From positions 138 to 64,137 of the forward strand of contig JAWXUO010000003.1 in the NCBI GenBank assembly GCA_044426355.1: a stretch of 64,000 nt of DNA, written 5' to 3'. Source of the DNA: Clostridia bacterium (GTDB lineage Bacteria; Bacillota; Clostridia; Oscillospirales; Butyricicoccaceae). The position numbers and the translations under genes were made by a program. The notes below the pieces were generated by a model that saw only the letters and a list, made by a program, of their open reading frames with translations, did not search any database and was not told where the DNA came from. Below, piece after piece: positions 27,118-35,131 of the stretch. Numbering within the stretch: the stretch's first letter is position 1; each line of letters begins with the position of its first letter.

Positions 27118-28755
27118 ATGTTTAATGACAGATTGCAAAAAGTATCGAATATTTTAGACGATGAAGAACAAAAAGCATCTGTACCAGCAGAGCCTACTGC
27201 TGAAGATAGCTCCGACGAACCAGTCGTTGCCTTTTTTAAAAAAAATGTTGTAACTGAAACACAAAAAACGGCTACGCCAAATGTTGATGTTGCAAAAAAA
27301 TTAAGTGCTTATAAAGAACGTGCTGAAGAAGCAGTTCGTAAAAAAATAAAAAGTGATGCTCTAACGATTACAGTATCTCCTGATAAAATGACTGCTACTT
27401 TGAGAATTAGCTCAAAATTTGATAAGTCATATCCTTTTACAAAAGTAGAAGTTTGGGAACATATAATGAAAAGCCGTGTAGACCATGGTTTGTCAGAAAC
27501 TTTTATAGATGAATTTATTTCCTCACCCCTATACGATGAAGATATTGTAATTGCACAAGGAACAGACCTGCGTGATGGAGTTGATGGCTATTTTATTGCA
27601 AATTTTGACTACTCAAAAAAAGGTAGCTTTAATGCAGATGCATCTGTTGCTGAATCTAACGAAAAAATAGATTTTAAAGATACCATAATAACAAGCCTTA
27701 TCGCAGTTAAAGGCGAACACCTTGGGACTATCGTTCCACATATACCATCTATCGATGGTTTTGATGTATTTGGTAAAGCTAGTCGTGCAAGACCTGCTAT
27801 TCCTGTTCAAATAACGTTTGGCGAAAATGTTTTTATAGACGAAGAAAACCGTGTTATGTGTACTAGTGGTGGCGAAATAAAATGGACTAACGATAGTCTT
27901 TCTGTAAGCGAAATTATGTATGTTGAAAATGTTAATATAGAAACTGGTAATATTCGTTTTGGTGGCTCTGTTGTTGTCGAAGGCGATGTTTCGGAAACAT
28001 TTTCGGTTACTTGTAACGGCGATATACACGTTAAAGGTCAAGTTGTATCTGCAAATTTAACAGCAGGTGGAAAAATCACCGTAGATGGTGGTATACACGG
28101 AAGACGTGTTGCATCATGTGTTGTAGTTGCAAAAGGCGATGTTACAGCTAAATTTATCGAACAATCATCAGTAGATTGCTACGGAGATGTTACAGCAGAA
28201 GAAATTATCAACTGCAAAATCACAGCTCGTGGTAACGTTTCTGTTTTACAAGGCTCAGGTAAACTTATCGGTGGCGAATGTATCTCTTGTGGTAATATTT
28301 ATGCTTCAACTATTGGAAATCCTGCAAATGTTTTAACAAAAGTTACGCTTATTGGTAATAGAAGTTTACACACTGAGTGCAATAAACTTCGTGAAGATAT
28401 AAAAACACAAACATTACGTATTTCTAAAATATGGGAATCTTCAAAAATTCAGTTATACAGAACACGTTCGCACGTTCATCGTGACGCTATAACAGAAAAA
28501 ACAAAAGTAGACGTTGCTCGTGCAGAAGCAGAACTTTCTACAATGAAAGAATTTTTTGAAAAACTTGAAAATCTTATCAAAAGACTTGATGACAACAACG
28601 AAGCTGTTGCATTAATACAAGCTTACGAAAATTGTCGTTTCGCTATTTATGGAGCTGAATATTTTACAACTTCGGTTCACGAATATGCTAAATTCACACA
28701 ATTTTTTAATCCTCTTACAGAACAACCAGAAGTAAGATTTTCTCAGCTTAATTAA
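27118..28755 (+). CDS. FapA/DUF342-family protein
   Basis: 545 aa with the characteristic beta-helix-like repeat core (GNIRFGGSVVVEGDV...GDIHVKGQV...GGKITVDGGIHG...GDVTAKF...GNVSVLQGSGKLIGG) and a C-terminal coiled coil. Confidence 0.8.
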   Translation: MFNDRLQKVSNILDDEEQKASVPAEPTAEDSSDEPVVAFFKKNVVTETQKTATPNVDVAKKLSAYKERAEEAVRKKIKSDALTITVSPDKMTATLRISSKFDKSYPFTKVEVWEHIMKSRVDHGLSETFIDEFISSPLYDEDIVIAQGTDLRDGVDGYFIANFDYSKKGSFNADASVAESNEKIDFKDTIITSLIAVKGEHLGTIVPHIPSIDGFDVFGKASRARPAIPVQITFGENVFIDEENRVMCTSGGEIKWTNDSLSVSEIMYVENVNIETGNIRFGGSVVVEGDVSETFSVTCNGDIHVKGQVVSANLTAGGKITVDGGIHGRRVASCVVVAKGDVTAKFIEQSSVDCYGDVTAEEIINCKITARGNVSVLQGSGKLIGGECISCGNIYASTIGNPANVLTKVTLIGNRSLHTECNKLREDIKTQTLRISKIWESSKIQLYRTRSHVHRDAITEKTKVDVARAEAELSTMKEFFEKLENLIKRLDDNNEAVALIQAYENCRFAIYGAEYFTTSVHEYAKFTQFFNPLTEQPEVRFSQLN

Positions 28756-28800
28756 AATGTGCATATGAATTAATTTCATATTAATTGGAGGTTTAAATAA

Positions 28801-29568
28801 ATGGCAAAAATCGTTTCGCTCATTAACGAAAAAGGTGGCGTAGGAAAGACAACATCTACTAACTTAATAGCTGCAACTCTAAAAAACAAAGGCTACAAAG
28901 TTTTGTGTATAGATTTCGACCCTCAAGGTCACTTATCTTTTAGTTTCGGTGCAAATAATAGAGATATGCCAACTATTTACGATGTTATAAAACGCTCTGT
29001 AAAAGCTCGTCAAGCAGTTCAAAAAACTGCTGTAACAGACATAATTCCAGCAAACGACATACTAAAAAGTATTGAAAGCGAATTTACTGGAATGGGTAAC
29101 CAAAATTTACTTAAATCAGTTATAAAGCATGTTGTGCTTGACTATGATTATGTTTTAATCGACTCTCCTCCAGAACTTGGGGTTATATCTGCAAACGCAC
29201 TTGTTGCCTCAGATATAGTTTTAATTCCTAGTATGCCAGATGGATATAGTTTAATGGGTGTAATAAAAGTACATGAAACTGTTTCAAGAATAAAAAATGC
29301 ATTTAATCCAACTCTTACTTTCGGAGGAATAATCCTTGTTCGATACTACTCACGAGAGAATTTAAGTCGTTCGGTATCGGAAGTATTAGTTGAGCTAACA
29401 AAAACGTTAAATATGCCTATTTTAGAATCAAAAATAAGACATAGTAATGTCATAAATGATGCAACTACTGTGCAACAACTTGATGTTGTTCGAGCACACC
29501 CACATAACAACGCAGTGCGAGACTACAACAATTTAGTCGAAGAACTTATAAGAAAGGGCGTTTTTTAA
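28801..29568 (+). CDS. ParA/Soj-family deviant Walker ATPase (orphan; no parB seen)
   Basis: It carries the deviant Walker A motif (NEKGGVGKTTSTNL), then CIDFDPQGHLS and LIDSPPELG. Confidence 0.85.
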   Translation: MAKIVSLINEKGGVGKTTSTNLIAATLKNKGYKVLCIDFDPQGHLSFSFGANNRDMPTIYDVIKRSVKARQAVQKTAVTDIIPANDILKSIESEFTGMGNQNLLKSVIKHVVLDYDYVLIDSPPELGVISANALVASDIVLIPSMPDGYSLMGVIKVHETVSRIKNAFNPTLTFGGIILVRYYSRENLSRSVSEVLVELTKTLNMPILESKIRHSNVINDATTVQQLDVVRAHPHNNAVRDYNNLVEELIRKGVF

Positions 29569-30093
29569 ATGAGTGAAAATAACCAAACCCCAAAGCCTAT
29601 GCCTATAGAATCTCAAAAAGACTTATTATTTAGCAAACTACTACCTGCTATAAACAATAATCCTTTTTCAAACACATACGCAGAAACTCACCCAGAATTT
29701 AACGAAATTCTAAGGTCAGACCCTACTCTCACCCCTTCTATACAAGAGCTTGTAGACATAGAAATTCCTATGGACGACGACCCTTTAGAAAATCTTCATA
29801 GCAAACTTTTTGCAAGCCAAACTTCTGATAAACAAGAACATTATATTACTGTAAATATTATGGAAAACGCTGTTTTACGTGTTATAGATATAGTTATCGA
29901 AAGATTTAATTCGTGTAGTTGCGACCGTTGTAGATGCGATATTGCAGCACAAGCTTTAAATAATTTATCGGCTAAATATATCGTTACAGACCCTAATAAT
30001 ATCCCACCGATAGATGAAATTGTTGATGCAAAAGAAGTAGTATCTGCTCTTGTGCATGCTGTTATAAAAATAAGAAACAAACCAAGACATTAA
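29569..30093 (+). CDS. ComFB-like domain protein
   Basis: The C-terminal region (VIERFNSCSCDRCRCDIAAQALNNLSAKYIV) matches the four-Cys ComFB signature. Its ATG immediately follows the parA-like stop (TAAATG). Confidence 0.65.
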   Translation: MSENNQTPKPMPIESQKDLLFSKLLPAINNNPFSNTYAETHPEFNEILRSDPTLTPSIQELVDIEIPMDDDPLENLHSKLFASQTSDKQEHYITVNIMENAVLRVIDIVIERFNSCSCDRCRCDIAAQALNNLSAKYIVTDPNNIPPIDEIVDAKEVVSALVHAVIKIRNKPRH

Positions 30094-30112
30094 AGAAATG
30101 AGGTAAACTATC

Positions 30113-31999
30113 ATGAGTATAGATTCAAAAGAAACTGTTATAGGTCAAATTTACAATAGCGAACTTTCTATCGCTAATCCAATTGTAGCAAATCACAGAT
30201 TATTTGAAAAACTTTTCGAGGATTTACCTCTTAGTTTTTGTGTTTGGGACTATAGACTAGATATTATTGCCTCAAATGATGAATATATGGACACACTAGG
30301 TATTGCTTCACAAGAAATTTTTGCAGAGAAATTTTTCGAAATGTCACCAGATAAACAACCTGATGGACAAATTAGCTCTACAAAAATGCTTAATTTAATT
30401 ACTAAAACATTTAAAGAAGGTCATAGCGAATCGTTTTGGGTTCATCTTGATGAAAACGGCGAAGAATTTTCTGTTGAGCTTACGTTCAAAAAATTTGAGA
30501 TTGATAATTCAAAAACTAGCGATATTGTTTTCATGTTTGCAAAAGATATGAACATCAAAAATACTACTGTTTTAGATTTAGATTGCGAAAGCGAAACTAT
30601 GTATAATTATTATTTACAAAAGTTGTTTTTGCAACATCTTCCTGTAATAAGTGATAGCATTTTATTTTGCTACGACGTAAAAAAATCTACTTTTAAATAT
30701 TATACAAAAAATGAAGCTGGCGAAAGTATTTTAAACACAAGCACAAATTTCCCTAACATGCTTATAAAAGAAGGTTTTGTACATAAAAATGATATGTTAA
30801 AATTCCTTGAAATTGTAGATGATATTAATGCAGGTGTTATAAAAAAATCTGATATTCGTTTAGTTTTAGATGGTGCAGAAGTTTGGCACGAAATAAATTA
30901 CGAAATAATTACAAATTCACATGACGAAGTAGTTTTAGCTGTTGGTAAATTTACTAGTATTTCTGACCGTGAAACACTAGAAAACAAAGAAAAACTTGAC
31001 AGTCTTACAAATTGCTACAATCAAGTTGCTTTAAATAATATTTTAGGCGATATTTTAGACTCTAGCACAAATGACGAAACTCACACATTATGGATAGCTG
31101 AAGTATGTGATATTAGTACTACAAACCTAAAATACGGCTCTCAATTTGCTGATTTAATGCTTATTGACATGGCAAAACAACTTCGTGAAAATCTTGAAGA
31201 ATATATAATTGGACGTGTATACGGTAAATTTGTTCTATTTTGCAAAAACTGTGGCGATAATTCGAATATCGAAGAACGCACTAAAGAAATCATCAAATGT
31301 TTCTTTAATTCATACGAAATAAAAGAAGATGTTTGTATCACAGCTTGTAATATAGGTGCTTCAAAATTCCCTCTTGATGGTAAAAACTTAACTGATTTAT
31401 ACTCTTCTGCAAACTTTGCTTTAGAAGATTCTAAGGAGCGTGGAGAAAACGAGTTTTCTATATACGAGCCAAGCATGGGCGATTCTGCTCACGACGCCCA
31501 AGATATGTCTACAGATGAGCTATCTGTTAATAGCAAAAACTTAAATCACAAATTGTGTAGCGAAGTATTTAATTTACTTTATACAAAAAATGTTGATAGT
31601 ACTTCTAAAATAAATTCACTTGTAGAGCTTGTATGCAAAGAATTTAAGCTTGATAGATGTTTTATTTTAGAAAAACAAGACGATTTTTATACTGCAACTA
31701 ATATTTATGCTGTTGATGGTGTAGATACAAATATTACTAAAGTAAATCCTGATGAAATTCCATCTTTAAATAAAGATAGTAATTTCCAAGGTGTTACAGC
31801 TTATGAAGATTGCACAGAAAAAAGCGATAAAACTGCTTGTTTAGTAGGAAGTCGTGCTTCTATGTCGGTAAAAATCATAGTAGATGGTAATATATATGGC
31901 ATTTTAGCTGGCGATATGTGCAATGCCACAAGACATTGGTCTGCAAAAGAAGTTAATACATTCGCACAAATTTCTAAAATCATCTCAGCACTTATATAG
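30113..31999 (+). CDS. PAS - degenerate GGDEF - GAF sensor protein (predicted catalytically inactive)
   Basis: The GGDEF-fold region runs DSLTNCYNQ...CDISTTNLKYGSQFADLML...GRVYGKFVLF...NIGASKFP...ANFALEDSKERGENEF. GGDEF is replaced by YGKFV, and no RxxD I-site is present. The C-terminus is GAF-like. Confidence 0.7.
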   Translation: MSIDSKETVIGQIYNSELSIANPIVANHRLFEKLFEDLPLSFCVWDYRLDIIASNDEYMDTLGIASQEIFAEKFFEMSPDKQPDGQISSTKMLNLITKTFKEGHSESFWVHLDENGEEFSVELTFKKFEIDNSKTSDIVFMFAKDMNIKNTTVLDLDCESETMYNYYLQKLFLQHLPVISDSILFCYDVKKSTFKYYTKNEAGESILNTSTNFPNMLIKEGFVHKNDMLKFLEIVDDINAGVIKKSDIRLVLDGAEVWHEINYEIITNSHDEVVLAVGKFTSISDRETLENKEKLDSLTNCYNQVALNNILGDILDSSTNDETHTLWIAEVCDISTTNLKYGSQFADLMLIDMAKQLRENLEEYIIGRVYGKFVLFCKNCGDNSNIEERTKEIIKCFFNSYEIKEDVCITACNIGASKFPLDGKNLTDLYSSANFALEDSKERGENEFSIYEPSMGDSAHDAQDMSTDELSVNSKNLNHKLCSEVFNLLYTKNVDSTSKINSLVELVCKEFKLDRCFILEKQDDFYTATNIYAVDGVDTNITKVNPDEIPSLNKDSNFQGVTAYEDCTEKSDKTACLVGSRASMSVKIIVDGNIYGILAGDMCNATRHWSAKEVNTFAQISKIISALI

Positions 32000-32020
32000 C
32001 TTATAAAAAGTTATATAATA

Positions 32021-32386
32021 ATGCGTCCACGTCAGGTGGTCGAGATTTTTAAGACTGAAAGTCTTAAATCGCTGTCGCAACAGTGAAATTCTCCTTTGAA
32101 TTTTGTAAAAATTCAACTAATACACGAAAATAAGGGCGAAAACTTCGCCCTTAAACTATAAAATTTGTATGAATAGACTGTTTAAAAAAATATTTTTTAG
32201 ATAGTCAAAAGGCAGTCATAATATTATGACTGCCTTTATTTGTGTAAATTGTAGTGGCGAATAAAATTCGCCACTTTTTTTGATATTTAAGTTGAATTTT
32301 TGCAAAATTCAAATAGTTTTTCGCTACTTCGGTAGCGATTTAAGACTTTCAGTCTTAAAAATCTCGACCACCTGACGTGGACTCAT
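32021..32386. repeat. Composite palindromic intergenic element (MITE/REP-like)
   Basis: It has perfect 49-bp inverted repeats (32025-32073 and 32334-32382) and a second inner inverted-repeat pair (TTTGAATTTTGTAAAAATTCAACT versus its complement, 1 mismatch). Three hairpins lie in the centre. Confidence 0.9.
32254..32281 (+). terminator. Rho-independent terminator inside the palindromic element
   Basis: The sequence is GTGGCGAAT-AAA-ATTCGCCAC followed by TTTTTTT. Confidence 0.7.
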
Positions 32387-32406
32387 CTATTCTATTACTA
32401 CTATTA

Positions 32407-34692
32407 TTATTTATTATCCCAATAAACGTCTATTTTATCGCCATCAAAAATTTCTTGAAGATACGATGGTTCAAGTCCATTTAAACGCAACATAATATTT
32501 CCTTGTGGATTATTAGGGTCTATATCAGACAAAGCTATCATATCTAAGAATAAATATTTTGTTCCATCATCTTTAGGTGGTAATAATATATTTTTATTAT
32601 TTACTATAACTTTAATAGAATTTGCTGGAATTAGTGGGTCTGTTTTTTCTATAGTATCAGGAATTGGGTCAAAAACAGATGTATTTACCATTGGCTCTGC
32701 TATAGGCTCTGGTTCTGCAACTGGTTGTACCACTGGTTCAATTATAGGTTCTATCACTGGCTCTACAACTGGAGTTGGCTCTGCTATAGGCTCAACAATT
32801 GGTTCTACAACAGGTTCTGACACAACTGGAGTTTCGTCTTTTTCACGAGTTGGTGTTTGCATTTTAGTAATAGTTGTAGAAGTGGTATTACTAATTGTTA
32901 CACCACGAGTTGTTTTTGCTTTTGTTTCAGCACGTCTGCTACGTGCAACAATTTGTATATCATCTCCATCGCATAAAACATAATTATCATCTCTAAATGT
33001 ATTGTTTACGCAAAGTTCGTAATCGTCTGGGAAATCTACTAAAATTCCACGTAAATCAGCAAGAGTTGTAATATTATAAGAAAGTAATTCATCGCTTTCA
33101 AAAATTTCTGTTTCTGGGTCTACAGCTGTTCCATTAATTGTTATAACTTTACCAGCACGTACAATTTTTCCGTTTACAGTAACTCTGTAGCAAGTATTTT
33201 CGTCTACTAAGTTTGATACATAGCAACGTGCATTATTACCACTTAAAGCAGGAGTAAACGACACAAAATCGCCTGGTTTTACAGTATCTCCAAGAGCTGC
33301 ATCTTTACCATTTATGCTAACTGTAGCAGGATTTGCAACATCTCCACGAATGATTTTTTCTTCCCCATCAAACATAAAGCGAAGATTTTTACCGATTTTA
33401 CCAACTAAGTCTGTGTATTTATGTCCACTTACTTGTAAAATAGCATATACAGAAGTATCTACAAGGTTAAATAAATGCACGTCTTGTCCATTTAATTTAA
33501 CATTAAAAGTATTGCTAGATGCTTGTTGCATAGCAGTTACTGCGATACCTACTGGTGTTGCAAAATCTGGAGCAAATATATCTATTTCACTTTCCACAAG
33601 TTTTTTCATATATACATTACTGCCGATAGCAACTTTATTTGCATCTAAATCTAATTTTTCTGAAATAAATGTGCTAAGATTTGGTGTGTAGCTACCACCA
33701 CCAGAAAGGAATACAGCAGCTGGTGCTTCTCCGTTCATTTCAAGAATACGTTCGCTAATTGTGTCTGCAAGACATTTTATAGTGTTATTTAAAGTTATAA
33801 GTAATGTTTCTCGTGGTACAACTTCTTCTTTACCCAAAACATTATGATATGTTACTGTAGGCGAATTCTCGTTTGAAGAAAGCTCGAATTTAATGCGTTC
33901 CCCTTCTTCAAAGTCTACAAGACACGCTTCCATTATAGTTTCTGTAATTTCGTCGCCTGCAATAGTTGCCATTGTATATCCGATAACACTGCCACCTTTA
34001 CAAATAGCTATATCTGAAGTACCAGCACCAATATCACAAAGTGCAAGGTTTAGTTTTCTAATTTCAGAAGGAATAACAACATTCATAGCAGCGATTGGCT
34101 CAAGTGTTAGTCCAGAAATTTTAAGACCAATTCTTTTCATAGTAGCACAAAGACTTTCTACAACCTCTTGTGGAAGGAACGTTGCAATTATAAACGCACG
34201 AGCGATTTCACCTTTATGGTCTACTAAATTTGCAAGAAGATATTCATCTAAAACATATTTTTGAACCGTATGTCCAACATAATAGAAAGATCTATCGTTT
34301 TCAGAAGATATTTTTTCTATAGCTTGTTCTACAGCCGAAAATTCTAGTCTACGTACAAACTCTTCAGAAATAACTTCTTTATCTACTGCCATTTCTGTTA
34401 CAACTTGTTCTGTCATTAAAGAACGACCAGCAGCTGCGATATATACATTTGTTAATTTTCTTCCTAAAGTTTCTTCTAAACGAATTTTTACTATGCCTGC
34501 TGTAATAGCTGTTTCTGCAATATGTTCAATTTGTCCATCTTGCACAACACGAGTTGTATATTCTTGCTTTTCCATAGCAAGAACTTTAAAAACGTTATCT
34601 ACTCTATGTCCTACAATACCGATAACACTACGTGTACCAATGTCTAGGGCAAAAATTAATTCGTTGTCGTTAATGTCGTTTATAGTATTCAA
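32407..34692 (-). CDS. Actin/FtsA-like ATPase with C-terminal beta-grasp-like repeats and a Pro/Glu-rich linker
   Basis: TTG start. It has actin-fold phosphate motifs (FALDIGTRSVIG; LCDIGAGTSDIAI; VFLSGGGS). The C-terminal 360 aa carry repeats of the xVNGKxx...DGDxIxI type. Confidence 0.8.
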   Translation of the reverse strand: MNTINDINDNELIFALDIGTRSVIGIVGHRVDNVFKVLAMEKQEYTTRVVQDGQIEHIAETAITAGIVKIRLEETLGRKLTNVYIAAAGRSLMTEQVVTEMAVDKEVISEEFVRRLEFSAVEQAIEKISSENDRSFYYVGHTVQKYVLDEYLLANLVDHKGEIARAFIIATFLPQEVVESLCATMKRIGLKISGLTLEPIAAMNVVIPSEIRKLNLALCDIGAGTSDIAICKGGSVIGYTMATIAGDEITETIMEACLVDFEEGERIKFELSSNENSPTVTYHNVLGKEEVVPRETLLITLNNTIKCLADTISERILEMNGEAPAAVFLSGGGSYTPNLSTFISEKLDLDANKVAIGSNVYMKKLVESEIDIFAPDFATPVGIAVTAMQQASSNTFNVKLNGQDVHLFNLVDTSVYAILQVSGHKYTDLVGKIGKNLRFMFDGEEKIIRGDVANPATVSINGKDAALGDTVKPGDFVSFTPALSGNNARCYVSNLVDENTCYRVTVNGKIVRAGKVITINGTAVDPETEIFESDELLSYNITTLADLRGILVDFPDDYELCVNNTFRDDNYVLCDGDDIQIVARSRRAETKAKTTRGVTISNTTSTTITKMQTPTREKDETPVVSEPVVEPIVEPIAEPTPVVEPVIEPIIEPVVQPVAEPEPIAEPMVNTSVFDPIPDTIEKTDPLIPANSIKVIVNNKNILLPPKDDGTKYLFLDMIALSDIDPNNPQGNIMLRLNGLEPSYLQEIFDGDKIDVYWDNK

Positions 34693-34753
34693 TGTTAATA
34701 TCTCCTTTTACGAATCTTCAAATTTATGTTAGTTATTATTTATGTTATTTATT

Positions 34754-35131
34754 TTAGTTATCATTTTCATCTGTTTCTTTTTCTGCTGTACCTTTAATAT
34801 TTCCTGCTGTTGTTAAAATCTGTGCATATATTGTAGCTACTACACCATAAAGTTCTTCTGGAATATTTGAGCCAACATCTAGCATACATAGCATAGACGC
34901 TGCACTATCATCACGATAAACAGGTATACCACGGTTTTCTGCAATATTTATAATACGCTCTGCAATATCTCCATAACCCGAAGCTATAACTACAGGCGAC
35001 GCATTTGAATCAGAATTATATTTTAAAGCGACTGCCTTATCTGATTTTTCAGGACCATTTACACTAAGCGACCTTTTTGGTCTTACAGGTTGTTTTGTTT
35101 TTGCAGTATTTTGCTCATTATATTTTGACAT
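34754..35131 (-). CDS. FlhB C-terminal-domain paralog (YlqH-like; lacks the NPTH cleavage site)
   Basis: I moved the start to ATG 35131. AVALKYNSDSNASPVVIASGYGDIAERIINIAENRGIPVYRDDSAASMLCMLDVGSNIPEELYGVVATIYAQIL aligns with the FlhB/YscU C-terminal subdomain. Confidence 0.8.
   Translation of the reverse strand: MSKYNEQNTAKTKQPVRPKRSLSVNGPEKSDKAVALKYNSDSNASPVVIASGYGDIAERIINIAENRGIPVYRDDSAASMLCMLDVGSNIPEELYGVVATIYAQILTTAGNIKGTAEKETDENDN

Noticed and set aside
32025-32073. Repeat arm considered as a tRNA fragment, att site or CRISPR repeat
   Set aside because: It has no cloverleaf or T-loop (GGTTCGA-type) and no array organisation. No integrase, cas or transposase genes are in the window.
32690-32848. 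Tandemly periodic GC-richer DNA (GGTTC/GGCTC units), considered as a VNTR or CRISPR-like array
   Set aside because: It is in frame within the actin-like ATPase gene and encodes the (E/Q)P-x-(V/I) linker. There is no spacer/repeat structure.
33314-34264. Two + strand ORFs of 123-125 aa
   Set aside because: They are antisense to the actin-like ATPase gene and have no RBS or recognisable motifs.
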